Source: Octopus bimaculoides (lineage: Eukaryota). From it: 33,761 nucleotides of DNA. A program made the translations under genes and the position numbers. Location: assembly GCF_001194135.2 (NCBI RefSeq), contig NC_068986.1, forward strand, positions 92,417,740 through 92,451,500, read 5' to 3'. This document shows positions 11,540 through 21,670 of the stretch, one piece after another. Numbering within the stretch: the first letter of the stretch is position 1; each line of letters begins with the position of its first letter. The notes beneath the pieces were generated by a model, which saw only the letters and a list, made by a program, of their open reading frames with translations, was not told the DNA's origin and searched no databases.

Positions 11540-11768
11540 ATGTGGTATTATTATCGGTATAAACGTGGATTTATAATCTAGATATAGAAATTGAAGATTT
11601 TTGAAGTAGATGTCCATTTTTATTCTCTTTCTCATTGATTTTTTTGAGTAGATTAGAAAGACTGTATCCCCGAAATATGTATGTATATGTGTGTACACGT
11701 ATGATATTTGTGTACGTATGCATGTTTTTATGTATGTAAGTATGTATGTATGTATGTATATGTTTGTT

Positions 11769-12133
11769 GGAGGCGCAATGGCCCAGTGGTTAGGGCAGCG
11801 GACTCGCGGTCATAGGATCGCGGTTTCGATTCCCAGACAGGGCGTTGTGAGTGTTTATTGATCGAAAACACCTAAAGCTCCACAAGGCTCCGGCAGTGGA
11901 TGGTGGTGAACCCTGCTGTACTCTTTCACCACAACTTCTTCTCACTCTTACTTCCTGTTTCTGTTGTGCCTGTAATTCAAAGGGTCAGCCTTGTCACACT
12001 GTGTCACGCTGAATATAGGTACACGTGTCTGTGGAGTGCTCAGCCACTTGCACGTTAATTTCACGAGCAGGCTATTCCGTTGATCGGATCAACTGGAACC
12101 CTCGACGTCGTAAGCGACGGAGTGCCAACAACA
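11769..12133 (+). mobile_element. Apparently full-length tRNA-derived SINE, family D
   Basis: A box TGGCCCAGTGG (11779-11789), B box GGTTTCGATTCC (11822-11833), ~290-bp body, ends GGAGTGCCAACAACA before microsatellite. Confidence 0.85.
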
Positions 12134-12571
12134 TGTATATGTGTGTACATATATGTATATGTGTACGTATGCATGTATATATACAGGTATGTATGTGTGT
12201 ATGAATGCATGTATGTATACACATATGTATATGCATGTACATATGTATGCGTTTAAGCATGCATACATATGCATCTGTATTTCCACACATGCAGATAGAT
12301 ACAGGTCATGAATATTGTTGAATGTGTGGATTTTATTAAATACAAAACTTCTTCAATGTTTCACATATTTTCACAGTACCTTTGACGGCTTGTAGCTGTA
12401 TTTTGTTGATTAGGGGTTTTCGTCCTTGTTTCGTAAAAGCTTGTAATGCTTTGTACTGTCGCAATTATTGTCGTAGCCAAATGTTCTTATCTATATAAGT
12501 AGAAGCCTAAAAACTATAATTCTGATGGAGTAGTGGCAGAATTGTCATTAAATCTCACGCTAATCATATAC

Positions 12572-12690
12572 GTATGTATGTCATTATTCAGTTTATTTCA
12601 AGATTTCTTGCCAATAGAGAAAAAACCGGTTTCTAACCTAGATCCAAAGTTCCTTCATTGGAATTTCAACATCAACAACAGGGTATTTTT
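12572..12690 (-). mobile_element. Family E, copy 2
   Basis: See 11279-11389. Confidence 0.7.
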
Positions 12691-12751
12691 GTATGTATTA
12701 TGCATGTATGTATGTATTATGTATATATATATATATATATACATATATATA

Positions 12752-12854
12752 CGAGGGGTGTATGAAACGTCTTGAGCCTCCCAAAAACAACACATGGTAC
12801 AAGACCTCAAGGCCCAAAGGCCTTGAAAGCTCAAAACTTTTCATGCACCCCTCG
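12752..12854. mobile_element. 103-bp mariner-type MITE
   Basis: 28-bp TIRs (CGAGGGGTGTATGAAACGTCTTGAGCCT vs CGAGGGGTGCATGAAAAGTTTTGAGCTT, 4 mismatches). TA on both sides (12750-12751, 12855-12856). Confidence 0.88.
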
Positions 12855-13343
12855 TATATATATATACATACACACGTGTATATAAATACATGTATTATAC
12901 ACGCACACACACTCAAAAACATACACACGCATTCTCATAGTTAACCTGTCTATGTCTTCGCTGAGGTTATACTGTATCATTCCAATTGTAACTGTTAAAA
13001 ATGACATGTTGAACACATTTTTTAACCGCCAAAATATTTTTCATTCCACAGCCTGGTCTGTGTAATTTCGCTACCTTTTCACCTCCCATTTAGTAAAACA
13101 TTGTAATCATTTGGTATTTCTATGTTGATACTGAGTGCGCTATTGTCCATTATGTCACGGAACATGATGCCAGGCTTATTATTTTGGTATCAGATGTTTT
13201 GTCTGTATGTTGAAGCCCATTAATATTTTCGCATTGGCATTTTCTAAGACAGGTGGAAGTTTATATGATACCACAACAGTGCTCCTTCATGCGCGAGTCA
13301 AAATTGGGTAATTAGACGGTGGTGGTTGTGTATAAAGCAAAGT

Positions 13344-13590
13344 GGAGGAACATGATATAGTGGTTAGTGTGCTGGGCTCATGATCGTAAGATTGTGGTTT
13401 CAATACCTGAACCAGGGTAATGTGTTGCATTCTTGAGCAAAACACATCATTTTACGCCGTTCTAGTTCATTCAGCTGGTAAAAATGAGTAAACCCGCGAC
13501 GAATCGGCGGCCTGTCCTGGGAGGAATATATATTCCAGAGAAGGCTAGGATCCGGCCTTATGTTTCTCATGTAGTAATGTGGACTAACCA
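13344..13590 (+). mobile_element. Old tRNA-derived SINE (family F; CORE/V-SINE-like body)
   Basis: A-box-like TGATATAGTGG, B-box-like GGTTTCAATACC, followed by TTCTTGAGCAAAACAC and CAGCTGGTAAAAATGAGTAAACC. The superfamily call is from memory only. Confidence 0.55.
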
Positions 13591-13767
13591 TGTATAAAGC
13601 AACAGAAAGAGTAGTCAAAATTGCTTTGAGCCTTAGAACACATTAAAGCCGATTTCCCAATTTCCCAGGTGTATGAACGACCCTGATCACAACATTCTCC
13701 TTGAAAGAGACGCCGATCCGTTGCAGGGTTCAAGGCGAGCAATTTTGAGGACAAAATAACAAATTGT

Positions 13768-13938
13768 TAATATCGATCCCAGTACTTGACTTGTGTTTTA
13801 TTTTATCGAACCTGGAAGGACGGAAGGCAAAGTTGACTTGGACACAATTTGAACCCAGAACATAAAAGTAAAGAGCCGGAAGATATGCTACTAAGCGCTT
13901 TGTTCGACGTGCTGTCGATTCTACAAGCTCACTGCCTT
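13768..13938 (-). mobile_element. Diverged SINE family A copy
   Basis: GGAAGGCAAAGTTGACTTGG...AATTTGAACCCAGAAC...GATTCTACAAGCTCACTGCC is the reverse complement of the family A head and core. Confidence 0.7.
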
Positions 13939-14195
13939 GCAGTCAAATTGCCTTGGAGATATTTCACTCCCACAGCGAATCTCACTGCATTCTTTCCGTC
14001 CCTTTTTCAAAATATTACGAGCATTGCTGATCACTACCTGTTTCCTTAAAGTTTGTTTTATCTGATATATCAAGTAATCTCGTAATTTTTTGCATTTGCA
14101 AGCATATAAATTTTGAGCTACTTTAGAGCATCTTTATGCGATAGAATGTATTGATTCAGAAATACATAACACGGGAGACGTTTGTCATTATTGTT

Positions 14196-14346
14196 GTGGC
14201 TGTGTGGTAAGCAGCTTGCTTTCCAACCACATAGTCCCAGGTTCAGTTACACATCGTGGCACCATGGGCAAGTGTTTGCTACTATAACCTCGGGTCGATC
14301 AAAGCCTTCAGAATGGATCTGGTAGACAGAAACTGAAAGAAGCCTG

Positions 14347-14389
<43 letters not shown>

Positions 14390-14597
14390 CGCGTGTTTTA
14401 TGTTTGTTCCCTACCATCGCTTGATAATCGGCGCTGGAGTGTTCACGTCTCCGTACCTTAGCGGTTCGGCAAAAGAGATTGATAGAATAAACACCAGGCT
14501 TAAGAAAAAATGTATTGGAGTTTGATTCATCCGACTAAAAGTTCTTCAAGGCGGTGCCCCAGCATGGCCGCAGTCTAATGACTAAAACAAGTGAGAT
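14196..14597 (+). mobile_element. Full-length SINE family B with internal (GT)n(GC)n
   Basis: Head GTGGCTGTGTGGTAAGCAGCTTGC...GGTTCAGTTAC, internal microsatellite, tail AGCGGTTCGGCAAAAGAG...GCATGGCCGCAGTCTAATGACTAAAACAAG. Homologous to the other B copies. Confidence 0.9.
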
Positions 14598-14783
14598 CTA
14601 GTGATGGAGGCTTAAGACTGTGTTGCTTCATTCAATTTGAGTTCGTTTATCTTGGTTTAAGTTTATTTATTTATATTTGCAACTTCCACTTCCTGAAAGT
14701 ATTAGTCATATCAAGATGTGCTTTTTGCTGTTGTCTTCACAGCAGCCTGTTTGCATTTGTCCACCGGTTTTGGGTTCTGGGTT

Positions 14784-14870
14784 CTGGGTTCTCAACCGGG
14801 GTCCACATTAAGACTTTTGGAAGTCCACGGATGCGATATAGTAAATTTGGGTTCCGTGGTAGTTTTCAGA
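14784..14870 (+). mobile_element. Probable left-end fragment of a hAT-type MITE
   Basis: CTGGGTTCTCAACCGGGGTCCAC with repeated GTCCAC/GTTCCG subterminal motifs, resembling the ends of 24412-24733. No right TIR seen. Confidence 0.4.
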
Positions 14871-14972
14871 CCAGTAAAGTTTATGGGCAAAGAATTGGTT
14901 ATACGTCCACAATACACAAAATATTTTAACAATTACTTTTATACAATTCCAAATAACAATTAATTTTAAAAA

Positions 14973-15102
14973 GGCGGCGAGCTGGCAGAATCGTTAGCAC
15001 GCCGGGCGAAATGCTTAGCAGTATTTCGTGTCTTCACGTTCTGAGTTCAAATTCCGCCGAGGTCGACTTTGCCTTTCATCCTTTCGGGGGTCGATAAATT
15101 AA
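14973..15102 (+). mobile_element. SINE family A, 5' half, well preserved
   Basis: GGCGGCGAGCTGGCAGAATCGTTAGC; B box GAGTTCAAATTCC (15043-15055); core GGTCGACTTTGCCTTTCATCCTTTCGGGGGTCGATAAATTAA. Confidence 0.88.
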
Positions 15103-15369
15103 ATATCGCTGAATAACCATGTCTTTATGATTATTCACCCTTCACCGGGGTTGTCATGTATATCTTCATATCTTGAGTTCTATTTTTCCTGTTTGTATCA
15201 ATATGCATGTATGTATGTATGTATGCATGTGTGTATGTATATATATAGTATATATATATATATATATGCATATATTCATATATGTGCATATATATTTATA
15301 TATATATATATATGTGTATATATATATATATATACACATACACACATATATATACATACACACACACCC

Positions 15370-15412
<43 letters not shown>

Positions 15413-15989
15413 TATACATATCTATCTATCTATCTATCTATCTATATATATATATATACATACACAAATATCTTTATGTGCGGGTGTGTGTGTGAGTGAA
15501 TGAGTGTGTGGTAATCCACGCCAAATTTCAACACAATGTAGTTTTCACATCGCCGTATGCCTGTCATATTTGCTTTACTAGAGTTTCGCATGTAAAACTT
15601 GTCTTACGTTTCTGGCAAAACACCACACACACACACACACGTACGCGCGTGCGTACGCGCGGTTTATTATGTTCAAAAGTGGTTGTACGTACAATGCAAA
15701 GAGTACTCAAAAACATCTAGAGGAGTAAAAATATCACTGTTACATATGTATTTTTAACGCTATCGAGCGTCTTTTGTGTGTGTGTGTGTGCTATTGATCA
15801 ATGAATGAATGATAATACAGCAATAGACAATAGATTCCTTCCCTAACCACCACCACCACCACCACTATCAACAATTACAACACCCTCTGGCTATTTCGAT
15901 ACTTGTAGGAAAACGATATAAAAATAGGGTAAGAAAATGGAAGCATAAGGAAAGACATATAGAAAGACAAGGACAGGTCAGTGGCCGAC

Positions 15990-16603
15990 TTGACCAGCAC
16001 CGTCTGGCATGTTTCCACTCAGCCTCCGAGCCTCACAGCGGAGCCTGGATCAATGCAATGCCACCACTCGCAACTGGTACTCAGCTTCATAGCGACTGCC
16101 TGAGTGTCGGCGTTTCTCTGAGGCTCGGCCTCCAGATTTGTGCGCCTCATGAACGCTGCTGCGGATCCACTTTGGATTCTTTTGGTCTCTACTGTCATGC
16201 CACCATAGTGATGGCCACCTTCCACGCCATGCCACCCTTAACAAAATCATAAAGCATGGCCTTGACGATCCAGGCTTTCCTTCTGAGCTCGAGCCAGCGT
16301 GGCTAGACAGTGGGGACGGTAAAAGGCCTGACGGTATGACAATTTTCCCGTTCCGTGGTGGTAGGCCCCTCATCTGGGATTCCACATACTGTGACACCTT
16401 CTCCAGCGGCAACTTGGTGTGTTCAGCTACCTACTCAGGCTCTGCCGCTCGTCAAGTTGAGAAAAGCAGACTGTCAAGGTATCGGTCACTCTCTGATGGG
16501 TTCGTGGTTGAGTCTGTGACAGTGGAGACCTCTGGCGTTCTCGGCCCCTGGACCATATCCTTGCTCGCCACCATTGGGTCAGAGATGGCTGTCCGCAAAA
16601 GCG
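15990..16603 (+). pseudogene. C-terminal zinc knuckle and restriction-like endonuclease of an RLE-type (CRE-like) non-LTR retrotransposon, frameshifted and 5'-truncated
   Basis: One frame reads ...SEPHSGAWINAMP...SLRLGLQICAPHERCCGSTLDSFGL. After a frameshift near 16188 it reads LLSCHHSDGHLPRHATLNKIIKHGL...LEPAWLDSGDGKRPDGMTIFPFRGGRPLIWDSTYCDT...VETSGVLG. The GAW, LRLG, CCG..D..G.H..SC, RH, DGKRPDG, WD.T and VET.G motifs match the CRE-clade RLE domain. Confidence 0.85.
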
Positions 16604-16735
16604 AGCGGTTCGGCAAAAGTAAGTATCAAGATTCGTTCGACTAAAATCTCTTCAAGGCAGTGCCCCAGCAAGGACTCATTCGAATGACTGAAACAAGTCA
16701 AAGATGAAAAATGAAAAAAAAAAAAAAAAAAAAAA
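16604..16735 (+). mobile_element. SINE family B 3' tail plus poly(A), fused to the RLE-LINE fragment
   Basis: AGCGGTTCGGCAAAAG...CTTCAAGGCAGTGCCCCAGCA...AATGACTGAAACAAGT, then an A-run to 16735. Confidence 0.75.
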
Positions 16736-17147
16736 TAATGAAAGACATAAAAATGTAAAAATTAAAAACATAAAAAATAAAAATAGAAATTCATAAAAAT
16801 GGAAACTTAAAGAAAAAATACAGGAAGAAAGGAGGGAAGAAAGAAAGTAAGACATATAGATAGAAAGACATAAACAGCCGTTAAATAAAGATATAGAATA
16901 AAAGTTAAAACATAAACAGTAAACTGATAAATAGATAAATGAATAAATAAATAAATAAATAAATTAAAGAAGAAAGGAAGGAAGGAAAAGAGAAAGAATG
17001 GAAATGTGTCTTTCATAAATTTTGAATGTTAGACTTGTTTCAGTTTGTTGCTAGTTCATCTGTACCCTACTGTCGAATGAAAGAAGTGTATTATTAGACG
17101 ACAGTTCAAGGATCAAGTTTCTTCAAAAGGCTTTTACCATTGCAGAC

Positions 17148-17210
17148 AACGAGAGACCCTCTTCGTGGTCACCTGAAATGCTAGAAATTGCAACCAAATC
17201 GCTACCTCAG
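17148..17210 (-). mobile_element. Family C fragment
   Basis: GTGGTCACCTGAAATGCTAGAAATTGCAACCAAATCGC resembles 4815-4850 and the reverse complement of 3725-3765. Confidence 0.45.
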
Positions 17211-17254
17211 TCTCAAAATAAATATAGAGATAAATAAATAAATAATATGAATGG

Positions 17255-17421
17255 CCATAAGAATGGCGTTATAGTAGAAGTTCGCTTCGCAGCTACTTAA
17301 ATTCGGGTTTAGTAAGTGTCTACTACTATGGCACCGGTCACAAGTCATTGACCAATGGCTTGTAAGTAAATTTGGCAGACAGAAATTTTCCGGAAGCTTA
17401 TCGTGTGTGTGTGTGTGTGTG
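17255..17421 (+). mobile_element. Diverged SINE family B head ending in (GT)n
   Basis: AAGTGTCTACTACTATGGC...CCAATGGCTTGTAAGTAAATTTGGCAGACAGAAA...GAAGCTTATCGTGTGTG parallels 17751-17926. Confidence 0.6.
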
Positions 17422-17494
17422 TTAGTCAATGAAATTCCAACTTAGTCTGATTTTCACGCATTATTTACAATTTTTATTATTTTACAGTATTGAA

Positions 17495-17536
17495 ATATAA
17501 TAGTACTTTCATGCGTTACGCAATCTTCAGGTTCAT
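17495..17536 (-). ncRNA. Hammerhead motif, left-arm copy (core intact, helix I eroded)
   Basis: Minus strand ATGAAC-CTGAAGA-T-TGCG-TAA-CGCA-T-GAAA-GTAC-T-A-TTATAT. Helix I pairing is poor. Confidence 0.4.
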
Positions 17537-17616
17537 GTAGTGACACTCGTGCTCCATAATTGACAACTAGATTAATTACCATACAGTTGTCAATTGCGGA
17601 ACACTATTGTCACAAC

Positions 17617-17658
17617 ATAAACCTGATGATTGCGTAACGCATGAAAGTACTAGTTTAT
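17617..17658 (+). ncRNA. Minimal type I hammerhead ribozyme motif with palindromic helix III
   Basis: ATAAAC (helix I) - CTGATGA (17623-17629) - T TGCG TAA CGCA T (helix II) - GAAA (17643-17646) - GTAC - T A (predicted cleavage after A17652) - GTTTAT (helix I, 6 of 6 pairs). AGTACT is palindromic. Only the U-U apposition at 10.1/11.1 departs from the canonical core. Confidence 0.65.
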
Positions 17659-17750
17659 TTCAATACTGTAAAATAGCAAAACTTGTAAATAATAAAATGT
17701 GAAAATCATTGATTAAAATATTCTTCTATTCACAATCATACAAACTCCGA

Positions 17751-17926
17751 TGGCTGTGTGGTGAGTAGCTTGCTTAACGACCACATGATTTCGAGTTCAG
17801 TCCCACTGCGTGGCACCTTGGGCAAGTATCTTCTACTATAGCCTCGGGCCGACTAAAGCCTTGTGAGTGGATTTGGTAGACAGAAACTGAAAGAATCCCG
17901 TCGTATATATATATATATATATATAT
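17751..17926 (+). mobile_element. SINE family B, 5' half running into (TA)n and a gap
   Basis: TGGCTGTGTGGTGAGTAGCTTGC...GAGTTCAGTCCCACTGCGTGGCACCTTGGGCAAG...GGTAGACAGAAACTGAAAGAATCCCGTCG(TA)n. Confidence 0.9.
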
Positions 17927-18806
17927 NNNNNNNNNNNNNNNNNNNNNNNNNNNNNNNNNNNNNNNNNNNNNNNNNNNNNNNNNNNNNNNNNNNNNNNNNN
18001 NNNNNNNNNNNNNNNNNNNNNNNNNNNNNNNNNNNNNNNNNNNNNNNNNNNNNNNNNNNNNNNNNNNNNNNNNNNNNNNNNNNNNNNNNNNNNNNNNNNN
18101 NNNNNNNNNNNNNNNNNNNNNNNNNNNNNNNNNNNNNNNNNNNNNNNNNNNNNNNNNNNNNNNNNNNNNNNNNNNNNNNNNNNNNNNNNNNNNNNNNNNN
18201 NNNNNNNNNNNNNNNNNNNNNNNNNNNNNNNNNNNNNNNNNNNNNNNNNNNNNNNNNNNNNNNNNNNNNNNNNNNNNNNNNNNNNNNNNNNNNNNNNNNN
18301 NNNNNNNNNNNNNNNNNNNNNNNNNNNNNNNNNNNNNNNNNNNNNNNNNNNNNNNNNNNNNNNNNNNNNNNNNNNNNNNNNNNNNNNNNNNNNNNNNNNN
18401 NNNNNNNNNNNNNNNNNNNNNNNNNNNNNNNNNNNNNNNNNNNNNNNNNNNNNNNNNNNNNNNNNNNNNNNNNNNNNNNNNNNNNNNNNNNNNNNNNNNN
18501 NNNNNNNNNNNNNNNNNNNNNNNNNNNNNNNNNNNNNNNNNNNNNNNNNNNNNNNNNNNNNNNNNNNNNNNNNNNNNNNNNNNNNNNNNNNNNNNNNNNN
18601 NNNNNNNNNNNNNNNNNNNNNNNNNNNNNNNNNNNNNNNNNNNNNNNNNNNNNNNNNNNNNNNNNNNNNNNNNNNNNNNNNNNNNNNNNNNNNNNNNNNN
18701 NNNNNNNNNNNNNNNNNNNNNNNNNNNNNNNNNNNNNNNNNNNNNNNNNNNNNNNNNNNNNNNNNNNNNNNNNNNNNNNNNNNNNNNNNNNNNNNNNNNN
18801 NNNNNN
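17927..18806. other. Assembly gap (N)
   Basis: N run. Confidence 0.99.
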
Positions 18807-19231
18807 TGTTTGAAATTTATCAATGAGAATTTCTGTCTGAAGTTTTCCCATAGTCTCTCTTTTATAACCATCCCAGACATTCCTTGTTCATTCTCTCTGT
18901 TTCCCTCTTTGTGTCTGTTATATCCACCTCCTCCTCTCTCTCTCCCTCTCTCTCTCCCTCTCTCTCCCTCTCTCTCTTCCACCCCTACTAACTCTCACAC
19001 ACACATACTCATATCTATTTATCTATACATCTATACATATATACATACAAATATATAAACACACGCACAACAGATACACAAATATATGTGCGTGTGTGTT
19101 TGTGTGTGTGTATGTGCTCGAGAGCGTGCGTGTTTGCATGTGTGTACATATATATGCACATACATACATATATATGCGTGTGTGTGCACGCGTGCATGTT
19201 TGTGTATATGTATGTGTGCGTATATACATAC

Positions 19232-19265
<34 letters not shown>

Positions 19266-19560
19266 ATATATATAGCCTTTTCTCCTTTTGTCTGATCATG
19301 ATTATTTCTCCCGTTATTCTCGATCCTCAACGATTTGTAAGACAGTTATTTGATCTATCCGTCTTGTTAACGTCCATTGTACTGTCTGTCAATCTATCTG
19401 CCTACCAGGACGTATGAATGTATGTCTTTTTGTCTGTCTGTCTGTCTGTCTATCCGCCTGTCTGTCTGCCTGTCTGCCTATCTCTCTCTTTATCTCAGTA
19501 TATATCCCCTTGGTGAGTGCGTGTCACATATATTTGTGTGTCTCTGTATATATCTTTTAT

Positions 19561-19966
19561 TATCTTTTACTTCTTTCAGTCACTGGACTGCAGCCATACT
19601 GGGGCACCCCTATCGAAATTTTTTTCCGTCGAATAAATCGCCCCAGTACCTATTTTTTTCTTTTTAAACCTGGTAATTATTCTATCGATATCTTTTGCCG
19701 AACCGCTGTTACACGGACGCAAACACACCAACACCGGTTGTCAAACCACAATGGAGGACAAACACGGACACAAGCATAAACACACACACGCACACACAAT
19801 ACATATACGACGGGCTTCTTACAGTTTCCGTCTACCAAAATCCACTCACAAGGCTTTGATCGGTACGAGGCTATAACAGTAGACACTTGTTCAAGGTGCC
19901 ACGCAGTGAGATTGAACCCAGAGCCATGTGGTCAAGAAGCAAGCTTCTTACCATACAACCATGCTT
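19561..19966 (-). mobile_element. Full-length SINE family B copy
   Basis: Reverse complement of head, internal (CA)-rich tract and tail, homologous to 14196-14597. Confidence 0.88.
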
Positions 19967-20188
19967 GTTGTGCCGCTCGACCGCTGCTTTTCGGGCGATT
20001 ACGATCCCTGTTGGCATGTATGTATACAATTATGTGCTTTGACTGCAGCATCAGAGCATTTAGCTCTTATCTTTAGCAATGTAGGTGTTTCTAACACCCT
20101 CAGTCATATTCAATCACAGTTATAGCTTTCCGTTTTGGTACACATTGCTTACTGCGCTGCTTAAATCAATAATATATACATAATACGC

Positions 20189-20405
20189 TCGTCGTCGTCA
20201 TCGACGTCATCATCATCATCGTTATTTAACGTCCGTTTTCCATCCTGGCATGGGTTGGACGATTCGATAGGAGCTGGCGAGCCAGCATACTGCGTCAGAC
20301 TCCGATTTCTGCTTTGACATGGTTTCTACGACTGGGTGCCCTTCCTAACGCTGACTGCATTACAAGCTGTAATTAGGTACTTTTTTGTGTGACACCGACA
20401 CCAAT
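20189..20405 (-). mobile_element. SINE or LINE-tail element with (ATG)n 3' tail (family G)
   Basis: (CGT/CAT)n tail followed by TTTAACGTCCGTTTTCCATCCTGGCATGGGTTGGACG...GGTGCCCTTCCTAACGC. Recognised from memory as an Octopus-like repeat; there is no second copy in the window. Confidence 0.55.
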
Positions 20406-20819
20406 GAAGTCATCAAGGAATTTGCAAGCGAAGATTCTTTAAATGGGTGGTTGTAAGTATTGAAGGAGATGACTTTATGCCAGATGATGCGAAGCAGAAA
20501 CAGAGGTCATGCTGTAGGAGAGGTACATGGTACTACGGTTGGGAAGTAAAGAAAACGGTGAGCATGTCTGGGAGCGTACGTTCAAGTTACATAGAGATGA
20601 ATGAATATAAGAAGTGCTACAGGTGAGTTCGTAAGAATCTGAAAGGAAAGTGAAAGATGCATAGAGAAGGTGGGGGTAGAGGAGATTATAGTGAACGGTC
20701 AACAGGGGTGGAGTAGGTTAGTTGCTAGAAATAAGAACTGTGGGGGAGAATTCGTTTGAAACGGATTGTGTGTAGAGATATAAACATGCATGATACATAA
20801 ATACACACACACACAACAC

Positions 20820-20869
<50 letters not shown>

Positions 20870-21403
20870 NNNNNNNNNNNNNNNNNNNNNNNNNNNNNNN
20901 NNNNNNNNNNNNNNNNNNNNNNNNNNNNNNNNNNNNNNNNNNNNNNNNNNNNNNNNNNNNNNNNNNNNNNNNNNNNNNNNNNNNNNNNNNNNNNNNNNNN
21001 NNNNNNNNNNNNNNNNNNNNNNNNNNNNNNNNNNNNNNNNNNNNNNNNNNNNNNNNNNNNNNNNNNNNNNNNNNNNNNNNNNNNNNNNNNNNNNNNNNNN
21101 NNNNNNNNNNNNNNNNNNNNNNNNNNNNNNNNNNNNNNNNNNNNNNNNNNNNNNNNNNNNNNNNNNNNNNNNNNNNNNNNNNNNNNNNNNNNNNNNNNNN
21201 NNNNNNNNNNNNNNNNNNNNNNNNNNNNNNNNNNNNNNNNNNNNNNNNNNNNNNNNNNNNNNNNNNNNNNNNNNNNNNNNNNNNNNNNNNNNNNNNNNNN
21301 NNNNNNNNNNNNNNNNNNNNNNNNNNNNNNNNNNNNNNNNNNNNNNNNNNNNNNNNNNNNNNNNNNNNNNNNNNNNNNNNNNNNNNNNNNNNNNNNNNNN
21401 NNN
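20870..21403. other. Assembly gap (N) within (CA)n/(TG)n
   Basis: N run. Confidence 0.99.
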
Positions 21404-21423
21404 TGTGTGTGTGTGTGTGTATT

Positions 21424-21670
21424 ATGCCATATGTAAACAAACATAAGTTTGTTTTTGAAGCGCTGAAATGTATTGCATCACAATTAGAAAGATATATTTT
21501 TCAATGCGTAAATACTGAGAACAGCACATATAGGATAAAATCCGTCAGCAACCAGCCACGAGAATCCTTTTGATTTCCGGTCAAGTGAACTACCATTAAG
21601 CTGAACTACTTTACTGACAAATTCTTCTGCAATTTTAAAACTTATAAAGTCATCCAGAGACGCTAGGTGT
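21424..21670 (-). repeat. Dispersed repeat H, copy 1 (inverted relative to 24930-25176)
   Basis: Shared blocks CTAGCGT.TCTGGATGACTTTATAA.TT.TAAAATTGCAG, TATTTACGC.TTGAAAAATATATCTT and TTCAAAAACAAACTTATGTT.GTTTACATATG. Confidence 0.85.

Larger units (their letters stand above)
17422..17716. repeat. Fold-back inverted repeat (~120-145-bp arms, 16-nt spacer at 17569-17584)
   Basis: Arms align throughout, e.g. TATTTTACAGTATTGAAATA, TAGTACTTTCATGCGTTACGCAATC and AATTGACAACT against their reverse complements in 17585-17716. Confidence 0.95.

Noticed and set aside
11469-11838. tRNA genes
   Set aside because: A and B boxes are present, but there is no complete cloverleaf or acceptor stem, and the 11769 head continues into a SINE body.
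13246-13314. Candidate exon (TGGSLYDTTTVLLHARVKIG)
   Set aside because: Weak splice sites and no recognisable domain.
20477-20628. 49-codon open frame ending at a strong CAG|GTGAGT donor
   Set aside because: No recognisable protein and no partner exon. The opposite strand may be a decayed LINE tail. Needs RNA-seq.
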